From NCBI GenBank assembly GCA_976551045.1, contig CDPCPM010000367.1, positions 4,216,001 to 4,280,000 on the forward strand: 64,000 nt of DNA. Reading direction: 5' to 3'. Source of the stretch: Glaucostegus cemiculus (lineage: Eukaryota). Of the stretch, positions 52,106-64,000 are shown piece after piece. Position 1 is the stretch's first letter. Each line of letters starts with the position of its first letter. The notes below the pieces were generated by a model. That model was given only the letters and a program-made list of their open reading frames with translations, did no database searches and had not been told where the DNA came from. The position numbers and the translations under genes were made by a program.

Positions 52106-52685
52106 GTGAGTGATGACTGTTCACTTTGATATATGACAGCATTAACAGCGTTAGTGCATTTTGTGAACAGTTCTCATGGCCCCCCTTCTTTTTTATTTTG
52201 TACGCGTGTCTTGTTGCCAATAATTAGAGAAATGCTACCTACACCGTGACAAGATTAATTGATTTCCCATCTTTTTGGAAATTTTATATGGGATAAACCA
52301 GCCTACTTTTATACGTGTATTGATAAATGCTAACTACCATACAGGTTGTAACAGTTACTGGATGCTTTGTAGATCATATTGAAATTGTTCAAAGTAAAGA
52401 CTATTTCCATTTTTTTTTAAATCATGAAATAATGGTTATCCGCGTGTTTTTTCGCAGATAAAATTGCCCATGCACTGGCAAACATGACAATTAACTAGTG
52501 AGGTTTCACGGAAAAGTAAAAGCATATGGTACAGCAGAATTCTCAAAAATCTGCATTGCTGTAAACAGGACAGGCAGCTTTTTCACTGTTGAGAATCCGA
52601 GAGCGAGCAACTGAAGACTAAATGGGGTACTGAGGAAAAAAAATACACAGATATTTGCAACATTTCGCTCCATGTCGATTGCATT

Positions 52686-52955
52686 ATGGGCTGCTTTAAA
52701 TCAAAACACAAGTACTCGGTGCAGAATGCCAACACCGCAGAGCAAGCGGACGGCAAGAGGTGTGGTGGGTCTGAGACAGTGATGGTGGAGCCCAGTTCAG
52801 TGGAAATCCGGGAGGACACGCTGCTGGTGAACGCTGCGCTGCTGAATTACGCACAGCGCCTCTCCGAGGACATAGTCCAGGCGGCAGTGAAACAGTGGAT
52901 GGAAATAGAGAGCCGATACAGGGACATTCCCTACATCGAGAGTGATGCACCCTGA
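52686..52955 (+). CDS. C2orf88: Small membrane A-kinase anchor protein (smAKAP / AKAP19)
   Basis: MGC.KSK myristoylation/palmitoylation N-terminus, PKA-RI helix 'LLNYAQRLSEDIVQAAVKQW' and C-terminal 'Y.DIPYIES..P'. Lies between MSTN and HIBCH, as in human. Confidence 0.95.
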   Translation: MGCFKSKHKYSVQNANTAEQADGKRCGGSETVMVEPSSVEIREDTLLVNAALLNYAQRLSEDIVQAAVKQWMEIESRYRDIPYIESDAP

Positions 52956-53105
52956 GTGCCCGGCGCCGGCAGCTCCCAACACTGTGCGTGCCTGGGTGGG
53001 GCAGGAATTCCCACATCCGACGCTGCAAGTCTGTGCAAAACATGTGTACACTTCTGTTGAAATCGTGGAAAAATGCGCGTGTGAAAAGTGACCAGGAACA
53101 TAAAC

Positions 53106-53111
53106 AATAAA
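53106..53111 (+). terminator. Candidate C2orf88 polyadenylation signal
   Basis: AATAAA 150 nt after the stop codon, followed by a U-rich tract. Confidence 0.4.
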
Positions 53112-54489
53112 CGGCAAAAAAACATTATTTTTTTGTTTAGCGCAACATGTTGCTGTAGAATTTGGCTTTTCTGCCAAGTGTACCAGGCTATTCCAGCTCC
53201 CTCCTCAGAACACTCCCACACACCGTGGCGTGCATCCAGCTAATTTGTTTGCTCTGGGAGCGGGACGGGTTTTTAAAGTTTTAAGGATTATTTAAAGTTG
53301 AAACTGCCATATTAAACTTTTTAAGATCGTTCTGGAGGGAAAGGGAATGCTTAACGTCTCGTATTCCTCGCCAGTGACAGTATACGAGTATTAATGCGGC
53401 ATACGTTTCAAACAAATTGCAGAGGGAATCATGGAAAATGTAAAGTCGTTGATTAGGGTACAAACGCAGTTCTGAAAATAATGTAAGCGGTGTTCCCATG
53501 GACGTATGTTGAGAGTGGGAGAGGGGAAACTAAGTTGGCGGCATTGCTTACAGAATTTCATGCCAAATTACTGAACTCTATTTGAAGAGATTTAGATTTT
53601 AGTGTCTCAGTTTTCACGGGGGAATCCAATTGCTACAGAAGGAGTATGTCGCAAACGTGAAAGGAAATGAGTTTCAAATAAATTAATTCAAGGGGGGGGG
53701 GAACTCTTCTGCCAAGCGTTCCAAATCACGTGTTTTCACATCCGAGAGGCAGCATTGTAATTCTCCAGCTGGAACAAATGAGATTAAATGGCCAAAACCT
53801 CTGTGTAAAATCTTAGAATACAATTAGAGTTGAATTTACTACAGACATACAATCCTTTCATTAATTCAGTGCATGAAAGTGACAAAACACAGCAATTCAA
53901 GTTGTCTCAACTCACCAGAACATGGTTAATCACTTTTCAGAGCTTTGTGTTTGTGCATTGGTACAAAAACGCAGTAGCATTCTGTTTTTAATCATAGACA
54001 TCTATTTCTCACATATCATGGGATGCCTTAGTTTGGCCATCTCAGATACATTAATGTTTAAGTCGAGACCAAAGATCCCTCATTATATTATTTTCTTCTT
54101 GTTCACCCATTTTTGTTTTTCTTTCACCGAGACCTAGAAAGTTAAATTCATCTATTTATTTACTGAACCCATATTTAAAAGGTATGGGAATAACATAAAG
54201 CTGATAAAACATACTGGAAAGAAATATAACTGATTAATATTGCTTTTTTTCTTGTTCGCTGGACAATTAAAAGCTGAATTGTTTTTGAACTCTACCTACT
54301 GTTTTGTGGGCAAATGCAACAGCCAAAATTTTACAAAACAATAGCTCGCAAACATCAATGGAAGTTCCAGCTTTGGATATCCAGTCTCTCCACAGAAGTT
54401 GGCTGACTTGGCTTAATATTTCTAGCACTTTCGGGATCAGTTCCCACACTCTTCATTCAATGAATATAAATCATATCTTGATCTGAATA

Positions 54490-54650
54490 GGCAGATGGGC
54501 CCTTAGTTTGAAGCTTCATTTGAAGGATAGTCTCTGATGATGCAGACCCTCTCAGTACTGCAGTGAGGTGTCCAAATAGAGCAAGCCCCAATATAGGGTT
54601 GGAATCCTTGAACCTCTGACTCAAAGGTGAGAATGATGTCAATAAGCCAA
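54490..54650 (-). mobile_element. DeuSINE-like remnant (similar remnant at ~55970-56260)
   Basis: The reverse complement shows a B box (ggttcaaggattcc) and 'cactgcagtactgagagggtctgcatcatcagagac...tcaaatgaag'. Confidence 0.5.
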
Positions 54651-55159
54651 GTTTGATCTAACATAAAACATGTCACACTGAGGTATGACTGCTGGCATAT
54701 CATTAGAGATGATGATCCTTTGATAATCTTCATACAAAATTAAAATAAAGAAGTCACGACTCCACTCTGAATCCAAGCTCAGGGCTTGGAAATTCACCTA
54801 GTTTTCACCTAATTTCCATTAATTGATGACACTGAATACAGCCCAAATTGATCTGATTTCTTGGTATTATTCTATTTTGCCACAAGCAGTTCTTTCGGAG
54901 TATTGCCTCTTTGGAGTTCTGCTTAGAATTAATTCTAACTAAAAGCCGTGTGCATTTCCTTAGCTGATAAAAAAAATAATTGGTGAGGTAATGGCAGCCA
55001 TGTTAAACTCTTTAGATGCCCAGTCCACATACTTGAAACTAACTTCCAATCAAACTAAACCCATACATGTTTTGCAAAATGGTTCTCCTTTTCAGCAATT
55101 CCCAGATAATTAATGATCACTCACAAATCAAACATCAGAAATCCAAACAGAATATGCTA

Positions 55160-55302
55160 AAAGTGCTAACATGGATAGGAAAGTTTCAGAGGGATATGGG
55201 CTAAACATGGGCAAATGGGACCAGCTCAGTGAGCACCATGGTCAGCATGGACAAGTTGGGCCAAAGAGCCTGTTTCCAAGCCACATTACTCGATGACTCT
55301 AT
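55160..55302 (+). mobile_element. CR1 3' terminal fragment
   Basis: Matches the reverse complement of 20634-20770 (atggataggaaag...ggtcagcatggac.agttgggcc...gactcta). Confidence 0.75.
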
Positions 55303-57157
55303 ATCTCTAAATACTTAGTCTTTCAATTCCAGTCCATTGATAAGTCAATTCAACTGACACCAAGTTTGGAACTTCATTGCCCTGACTGGGTAGTCTCCTA
55401 GTGTGAGACAAAGGGCAAGAGTGATAATCAAATACTTACCACTGCAAAATTTACTATGGCTACACATTGTAAGGGAAGGGCAAGTGTTTAGATGATTTTC
55501 TTTTTACATTTTCACAGATTGAAAACTTGGAATCTTCAAAAAAGTGAATCTTCCATTTGTCTTAGAAATTAGCCTTGTTTTGGGGCTAAGTATCGTCATT
55601 CACCTATCAGTATGGTTATCTTTAGTTGCTTATGTTGTAAAACCTATCTTAAAACAGTAAGACATTACTGTGTGGCATGTGTTGTGAATTAGAAGAAAAT
55701 CATGGAGACAAGCAGAATTGGTGTAAAGGGCACAGAGTGGATATCAGAGGAAATGTATTCAAGGGTTTGGAAACTCTACTCCTGGAAGTCTACTTTCTGT
55801 TAACCTTGGTACTTACTCCCCACCCATCTAAAGCGGATAGACTTTTGCTGAGGGAAGTCCTCAAACTCAGAGGATTTACTCTATTGTGCATCTTACAATA
55901 CATTAACTGAAAATTCAAACCCTGTTTCTTTTGGCAATCTGCTCTCTCCTGCACATCGTGTAAGGAGTGATAATGTAGGGAACACTACAGTCAATTTGCA
56001 GTCAGCAAACTCCCGCAGACTGCAATGTATCATGACCAGGTCATTTGCTTTTTAGTAATAATTGCAAAAGGATAAATGTTGGCCAGTACTCTAGAGATAA
56101 CTCCGCTGCTTTTTTAAAGTCCCATGGGATCCTTTCTATCCATCTGAGGAAGCAGATATTGCCTCAGTTCAAACACAAATCCATAAAGTCACCAAGACTG
56201 TGGCACTCCCTCAGCACTGAAGAGTCAGCCTGGACTTTTGTGCTCAGGTGAATGATTAATATCTCTTGCCAAAGTCAAAGTTAACATTAGGCATAAGTGT
56301 TTATTCAGAACCAGACAATTGTTATGACACAGCAGGTCATTTGGGCCATCAAATCCATGACAACTCTTCATGGAGCAATATAGATTTGGCAGTTGTTTTG
56401 CTAAGTGTTTCGTGAAAATTCTTTTATTGCACTTTAAAGCCATGCTCACATCATAATTTCAAGATGAGCAAATCCAATACTTGCATTGACCAAAATCAAA
56501 TTCAGTCAAAGCCAAAAAGTTGATCTCCCAGTTTTGTTCAGTTTTGTTTGTGGGGGGGGGGGGCAATGTCTTCTTCATTGATTGTACATTCATCATTTGT
56601 TTTTGGAAATATTACTGTAAATAATTTGTTTTAGAGCAGAGGCAAATAAATTAAATACGTTATAGAAATGCCTGAAAGAATCTCCAGATAGTTCAGTGAC
56701 ATGTGTGCACATTAGTTAGCTATGCAATGATCTATTTGAATTAGGCAGATTTATGTACTTTTTTTTATATTATTACCAACACAATATTTCTAAACAGCAA
56801 CTGAATTTTTAATTAATTTGCATACAATTTAAGGGATGAAAATTTTTAAGTGGTCAACTGAAAAATAAGGTTAATAATAAACCGAACTTTATATAAAATA
56901 AAGCATAATTAATTGTAGAAGGGAACACGAAGTTTAGGTTGCAGATTCTTAGCAAGTGCTCAAATTAGCCTCGAGTAAAGACCAAACTCTAAAGGGATTT
57001 TAATATTGATCTACTTGGTATCTGTTGACATTTTCTGATTAATCTAAATGTGCCTAAATTGAAGTTATGTTATGAAATACAAGCAATGTTTGTTTTCAGC
57101 AGAAAAAGAAATGTCATTTTCAAAGCACAAATGCACCAAGTACAAAGCCAGAAGATA

Positions 57158-57440
57158 AGGGCAGCACAGTGGCACTGCTCGTCGAGCTGCCGCCTCAGAA
57201 CTCCAATAACCTGGGTTCAATCCTAACCTCAGGTGCTGTCTGTGTAGCGTTTGCATATTCTCCCTGCTGAATTTCTCTAAATATTCTGGTTTCTATGTGG
57301 GCTGGGGGGTAGTTGTAGAATCTGGGAGGGGGAGGAGGGGTGATGTGGGGAGAAAAGATCACAGGCAAAATTAATAAGGGAATAAGATTCCTCTGTATGT
57401 CAGCACAGACTTATTGGGTGGAAATGTTCTCCTAAGTCAT
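57158..57440 (+). mobile_element. Old tRNA-derived SINE
   Basis: 'gggcagcacagtggc...cctgggttcaatcct.acctc.ggtgctgtctgtgt..gtttgca..ttctccctg'. Confidence 0.7.
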
Positions 57441-60400
57441 GAGAAAATATGAAGTATAACTGAAGGTCTGATTTGTGAAAGTAGTACAAATTAAATCAAA
57501 AGATAAATTAAAGTGCACTGCTCAGTTTTATATGAGGATAAAAGTTACTTTGGTTACATATCAGTGCACAGATCACTGATCAGTTTCAGAATTTCCATAT
57601 TTTTAATGAAAACCCTGATTGTACAATAGTCAATATTTCACATTGAATGTTAAATTGAAAAGTCTGTGTAAAATATATTCTATGTCTGCGGCCTTCCTGT
57701 TTGGTAATGTTTTAACTCAGTTTACACTTATTATGGATCCTTAGAAATATTGCCTGTTTTAAAATGCTTTATTAAAATGTTGTTGCTTGTGCTTTAAATA
57801 CACTTCTTAAAATTAGTCATCATTTCTAACTTGTCTGTTGAACAAACCAAGTGTTACACAAACAAAAAAAGGATTTTGTTTCAACACATTTTGTGTAGAT
57901 ATTTTTCACAAAAAGCTGAAGAAAAAACAAAATCTTGTTTTTTTGTAAATCCTAAAATCTCAACCCTGTTTTAAGGTTTCAAAAATTAGATTTGGTTTTA
58001 CAGATTCAAGGTTTGGTAGCTGTATCTTTGTCATGCAACTTATTCAGTAGTTTTTTTGCATTATAACAATTTTAACCAAACAACTAATTTCAAAAGTTAT
58101 TAAAATACAAAATGCATATTTTAGTTTCATTTATTTGTCATTTAAGTAACTTGTAACTTCATTTATTGCCATTATACAGCAGGAAGCTATGGTATTTACA
58201 AATTCAGAAAATTATAGTGATTATAAATTTCTCCATGAGCAACTATCAACTTTTACGACCAAGATTATAACACTTCTATGAAAGGCAACAATTTCAAACA
58301 AAACATTTCACTAATTAGCCAGAATAATAATTTTAATATGATCATTATTGTTGAATTTAACATTGCTGAACATAGCACTAGTCTGAAGTATCTGGATGTC
58401 ATTTTTTTAAATAATAAAGAGAAACTGGGATTTTTCACTGTTTCAGAAAAAAGCAAACTGCTAGTGTGCAATTTGAATTATATTGCATATTTTGTTTTCC
58501 ATTTCAATCAGACTTGGTCTCAAGACATGAGTTCTAGTCTCACCAATGCAGCTGGGGATGCAAATCAGTAACAGACCCACCTTATTCACTGATGTCAATT
58601 CTGCTTTGGTGTATATTTGATTCTCAACACATAGCAATGCTTATAAATCTTCTGCCCTCTGAAATGACCAATTAAGTCACAAGACTGTCTCAAATTGCCA
58701 CATAATGAGAATAAAACCAGAGTGACAAACTGTGATTGCTTTAGTCATGGCTGGGTCAATATTCTGGAATTTCCCATCCAACAGCACCTTGGTAATATCT
58801 TCATCACTACAAGTACAACAGAGATTCAAAAAAAGTAGATCATAACCACCTTCTCAAGGGCAATTAATGACGTGAGCCTTGTCAGAGGCACACATCCCAC
58901 AAATAGAAAATAAAAAAATTATTTCCAGGGATTTGCTTTCATGAGAATGCAGTCAGCTAATTAAATGTGTTTTCAATTAAAGTTTTATGCCCTCTTTAAA
59001 AACGGACTTCAATTCAGAATTCATTTTGTTGGATATAATTAATTTGGAAAAAAAGAGGAAATGAAAGAAATCATTGAAGATTGTAATTTATAAGTAGCTT
59101 GACAAAACTACCCCAGCCCACTCCCGCTACTCATCGTTGTTAGAGTACGCCAATTGTTCAGATGAGTTTTCTGAAGAGTGACGAGTGCTGGCTAGACTAC
59201 GTGACATTATAATGCATTACATTTGGCGCAAATTATCCTCAGCAGAAAATTACTGTGGCTGTCTGACTTTGCCCACGTCTGCCCATATTGCAAATTTCAA
59301 AATGACTTCTTTAAGCTTGGCTTTAAGGAATCATTAGTGAAAAGGTTCATTCTTCATCCTGTTAGCTGTGACTTTTTCCATGGGGACTTACTCTCATGGG
59401 TTAGCAAGTGTTCACTTGGGGATACCAGGAAATCGGCACCATGGTTACCTTAATGCTGATGAGGAGATATTCCAGCAAGAAAAAAAAGGAAATTTATAAT
59501 TCAATAAAATCAATGTTTTTGAATTTATACACCACCTTTAGATAGGACATTTACTAAATGCAGTTTTTTAAAAAAATCAAAGCGATCATTGAGTACATGA
59601 TCATTGTATTGTGAGACCAGCAGGATGGGAGAATGTGAACTGGATGGGCTTTGATTTTTCTTTTTGCCTACCTTCCTATGTACTGATAAGTACTTTGACA
59701 CTTCTCTTCAACACTGGAAATCAGATGCATTTACAGCAATAAGAAAATATTACAATAAATTACAATAAGAGACAAAGAAGAGGAGAACGATCAAATTCAG
59801 CCCAAATGATGGATTGAATGAAATAAATGAAACAGAGGCTGGTTACGACAATCATCCCAGAACTCAGTGCATCTTTTTAATCACTGTCACTGCAGGTGCT
59901 TCCTCAATGTTTGATCCATGCTACAGCATACATAGAGGATCAATGGCATAGTAGTTATTCAACAAGTATCTGCAGATTTGGGCTGTTAACCCAGAGAGGT
60001 GAGTTTGAATCCCATCATGGCATCTGAAGTAAAAAGAGGTCACCAGACGGCTATAACTCAAACAAAGAAAATCCAAAATTCTTAACCCAATTAGGGCATG
60101 GACATGATATGCTAGACCCACAGTAAGGAGGTTGACACTAAGAAGCCTTCTGAAATGACTAATCAATTAGGATGGGCAATCTACAGGGCTTTGGTAGTGA
60201 TACCTATGTCCCATGATTGAATTAAAAATGTTTTTTCTCTTCTTTCATGGGAAAATAAAATATTTCTTCTCCAATGCTGTGAAATTCCCTTCCCAATTCC
60301 TCCAGTTCCAAGACCCTCATTGAAATTCAACTCTCTATGCAAGTTTTTGGTCATTCCTCCCAATATCATCCTTCCGATTCCTTCTTCAGCAACTATTATA

Positions 60401-60582
60401 TCAGTACTATACAAATACAAGTTATTTATTGGTGGCTGCTCTCCCCAGAAAATACAAGCTCGGTGTTCCCTCACATTTATTATATTGGTAACAAAATTTT
60501 CATCTGACAAATACATCATTTCCCGATAAGCATGCTAAATGCTTGAAGAGAAAAGCAAACATAATTGAAACCTTGCAAAATT

Positions 60583-60588
60583 TTTATT
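60583..60588 (-). terminator. Candidate HIBCH polyadenylation signal
   Basis: AATAAA on the - strand about 25 nt past the stop codon. Confidence 0.35.
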
Positions 60589-60613
60589 TTAAATACTCAG
60601 ACCATTCATCCAT

Positions 60614-60729
60614 TCACAATTTGAGTTCTTTGGCTCCAAGTGACTTGAAGCAGCTACTCAGGTACTCTTCCGTCACTTCTTCCAGAGTTGCTGGCTTCCA
60701 CTTTGGGCTTTGATCCTTGTCAATCAGCA
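60614..60729 (-). CDS. HIBCH: 3-hydroxyisobutyryl-CoA hydrolase, last coding exon
   Basis: Acceptor cccaacag|TG. Translates (V)[37 protein letters not shown], matching the HIBCH C-terminus. Missed by the ORF track. Confidence 0.95.
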
Positions 60730-61922
60730 CTGTTGGGACAAATAAGAAATAGTATTCCCAAATAAGATAAAAACAACTGTGGCTATTTTGGAGTCAGGGA
60801 ACTGTAGGTACACAGCGTAAGATGTGAACCTACAATTTTTGTCACATTTCAACATAGCTACACCTCCAGTTGAAGCCATACTTCCCCTCATCAGCATTGT
60901 ATGACCAGTAAATTTATTAACCTCCATCTTAAATTGAAAGTGACCATCTTGTAACTGAGGTTATCAGTAGATTAGCTGCTGCAAGAAAACTGCTGCAACA
61001 AAGGTACCATTCAAGTACCTCATTGATAATTAACTTTGCCCCTCTACCATTTAGGATGGCAAATTTCCTTCATGGTAGGATACTAGAGAAGCAGATCTTT
61101 TAAAAAATGTATTATGATGCCTACTTTTTTTTAATAAACTAATTCAAGACTTTATATGATTACTTGAATTTAAATTCCTCTAGCTGCTATGGTGAGATTC
61201 AAATACATTTCTGGATTAGTGTCCAGAACCCTGCCTGCAAATCCAATCACTTACCTGCCATATCCCTAAAATATTCACTCCATTGCTCTCTCCACAGAGA
61301 CTGCGTAACCTGCTGTGCATTTCCAACATTTTATGTTTTTATTTCAGGTTTATAGTGAATGTTATATTTTGTTTTTTTGGACCCTCAGTATATATTTGAT
61401 TTGAGAAAGTATAGAAAAGAGTAGGTGCTTAAGAGTCAGCAAGTACAATGTTCCCTGGTCATGAACTTCAGTAACACTTCTTGCCACCTTTTAAGATCTC
61501 CTCACTGAGATTTAGATTCTGCATGTGCTGATAGTTCTGGTATTTTTGTCCCAGGCAGCATTCTTTCTGTGCAAGAAGTTACAGGTTATTTGAGTGCGAC
61601 CAGAATAGCCAAAGGTGATCTTATCCTCAACCGATACATACTTCTCAAAAAGGTTATTTCAACTGCAGTCTGGAGTGGGAGCTTCAGTGGACCTATCAAT
61701 CCCCTCCTCCCTAAACAATAGATAGTGGGCAACTATCATGTCCCAATGATGACAGTGAAGATAGGCAATTAAGTCTCAGACTTTTCTAATCTATTTAATC
61801 TAATAACTACCAAGGAGTGAATATGGCACGTTGACCACAAGAGAGATCTATCCTAGCCACAAACATTCTACTTTAAAAGCTGTAGCACCATGAAAAGGAT
61901 TCATCAACAATGGTCTGCCTAC

Positions 61923-61956
61923 CTGCTCGCACACCTTCGTAGAAGTCATGGCCTCT
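61923..61956 (-). CDS. HIBCH: HIBCH penultimate exon (34 bp)
   Basis: ttacag|AGA GGC CAT GAC TTC TAC GAA GGT GTG CGA GCA G|gtaggc encodes RGHDFYEGVRA. Phase fits both neighbouring exons. Confidence 0.95.
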
Positions 61957-62448
61957 CTGTAACAGATAAATTACAAAGTATGAAGGGCAAAATAAACTTT
62001 TTTTTGGTATAACTCATTTACATTAATATAGAGCAGTATGTTAAAGTCTCTACATTGATTAAATGCATGTGGAAACAGTTACTTTTTTTTCAACTAAACA
62101 ATCATGGCGTTAAGTGCCTTTGTGTCTCATTCCAATTTTATTATCTTGACTTCTAAATCATTACCTGAACCATCAGAATTAACTGCCTGCAGGATAACAT
62201 TTAAATTGTATAAAAAATAATTACATTCCTGGCCTTGTGCCAAAGTTAATATGTAAAAAGTATCATTTCCATTGAAAGTGAAAATTGAACATGAACTGTA
62301 TGTTTTCCAGACCGTTTCCAATTTTGCCTCCAGCATTTAATTATTACACCATTGGTTTCTGTACAATGCCATAAAACATTTTTAAAAAACTTGTTGCTAA
62401 TTTGTCTTCTGTGACAGGATTTAGTTCGTGTCACTGACATAAACTTAC

Positions 62449-62568
62449 CATACAAGCTTGGCTAAGTCTGTACTCCATAATTAAAACTTCTGACAGGTTC
62501 TTCGTAGCTCCCTCTTTAAGCTGTTGAAAAGTAATCTTCATGGATGTAGGAGACATTTTCTTCAATAT
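62449..62568 (-). CDS. HIBCH: HIBCH third-from-last exon (120 bp)
   Basis: tacag|[40 protein letters not shown]|gtaagt. Upstream exons were not found and presumably lie beyond the window. Confidence 0.95.
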
Positions 62569-62590
62569 CTGTACATAAAATGATAAAAGG

Positions 62591-62721
62591 ATAAGATATC
62601 TTTATTAGCCACGTGAACATCGAAACACACGGTGAAATGCATCTTTTGTGCAGAGTGTTCTGGGGACAGCCCGCAAGCGTCACCATGCTTATGGTGCCAA
62701 CATAGCATGCCCACAGCTTCC
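62591..62721 (-). mobile_element. 5'-truncated copy of the same SINE family, in a HIBCH intron
   Basis: Near-identical to 4950-5080. Confidence 0.85.
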
Positions 62722-64000
62722 GTCTAATTAAATATGAATGAGTTATTGAAATGCAGTTTCCGTTTACAGAGAAAATTACTTTAGGCAAGGTTACAATGGG
62801 TAAATTTATTTGGCACAAGATCTTTGGACATTATACTTAAAATGAGCTGGTTTATTTTCTGAACTCCTTCCCTATGCTGAAGAGAGGAGAGATACAAGAC
62901 AGCTTCAAGCACCTGTGCAACCACATCATTCCTACCAGTCAGTGCCATAAATGCCCTGGACGAGCCAAATATGTATGTGTTGGCACTTTGTGGGGAACAT
63001 CACCATTGAAGTCTGTCCTGTTTGTAAAGGTCATTAACAGAAGCTGATGTAGATGGGGGTGTGGCAAATAGAGGGAAGGAATCCTTCCTTACTTTAACCA
63101 CTTCAAAGAGTAACTTCAAAAGTCTTTCTTTAAAATATCTGTAATGCACTGGTTGCTGATGGCAGTTTATGAGAAACTGCCTTGTTCCTATGCATGAACA
63201 ATCAGAATTGCCATTAGATTGAACCACAATCCTGTTTCTGAAATTGGGCATCAGTTTATGGTACCTTTGTTTCTGTTCTTTGAGTGATTCTCTTAAGGGG
63301 AAATAAGTGACTGAAGAAAGCCAGATAGCAGTTTGCCCATGAGTATGCACAAATACCATCTATATCTCTAAATGTCTGAATAATGACACAATGTCTACTT
63401 TATAAAATTTGCCACATCAATGAGCACAGCAGTGTGGGAGCTACTGGGAAGTGATTTTTTTTTAACTTCTAAAACTCTGGCACTTGATCTGAGAAACAGA
63501 GACAAGATCACATTCATTGCTTTCACTATCTGTCACTGCTGGGTGACTATTTGTCACAATTGGCTCCGACTGAAACTGGATCACCAATTAAGTGTTATAT
63601 TGGCAGCAGAGCAGGTAATTTATATTGTGCTGCTTTGAAACTGCTCTGAAGACCAGCTCCTTTGGAAAGGAATTGCATCAAAAATGCAGCTGATAGATTT
63701 TGCAACAGAGTAGTTTGTGCAGACTAGAATCACACGTAGGCCAGTTGAGTGTGGGTGGCATGTTCTTATCACTGAAGAATATTAGCGGCCAACATATTTT
63801 TACATTAATGTAGCATCTTGCATGGTTACTTTGCCGTTGCTATCTGACAGGTCAACTGGCTTATTGAATTTAATGTCACAATACAGCAGGGTAATATTTC
63901 GATTAAAGGCATCTTAGCTGCCAATCAAGTACAACATACGTAACAGCACACTGGCTAAAATAATTTGACAATTGAGCATGGCCACAAAGACCAAAGAATA

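Noticed and set aside
52696-53221. Antisense ORFs over C2orf88
   Set aside because: They are shadow ORFs of a GC-rich coding region.

Overview
This is eukaryotic vertebrate genomic DNA. The repeat families (CR1/L2/Tx1 LINEs, Penelope, V-SINE and DeuSINE-like elements) suggest a cartilaginous fish, probably a ray or shark. The window holds the conserved MSTN–C2orf88–HIBCH block. It contains a complete three-exon myostatin (GDF8) gene on the - strand (CDS 35433-35028, 33530-33157, 30134-29754; 386 aa) with a recognisable conserved promoter. It also contains the single-coding-exon smAKAP gene C2orf88 on the + strand (52686-52955) and the last three coding exons of HIBCH on the - strand. I could identify no protein-coding exon left of MSTN. 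That region has a CpG island (~26.2-26.9 kb) and a ~10 kb CpG-retaining, repeat-poor domain (~9.4-19.7 kb) with orphan first-exon-like splice donors. The most notable observations are a mosaic MSTN/GDF11 mature ligand, a pre-miRNA-like hairpin downstream of MSTN with a miR-34/449-type seed, a 97/99-identical inverted repeat pair, a 61-bp-stem hairpin and divergent CTCF motifs at CpG-domain edges. No prokaryote-type system or CRISPR array is present. Repeat boundaries are approximate and were recognised by eye.
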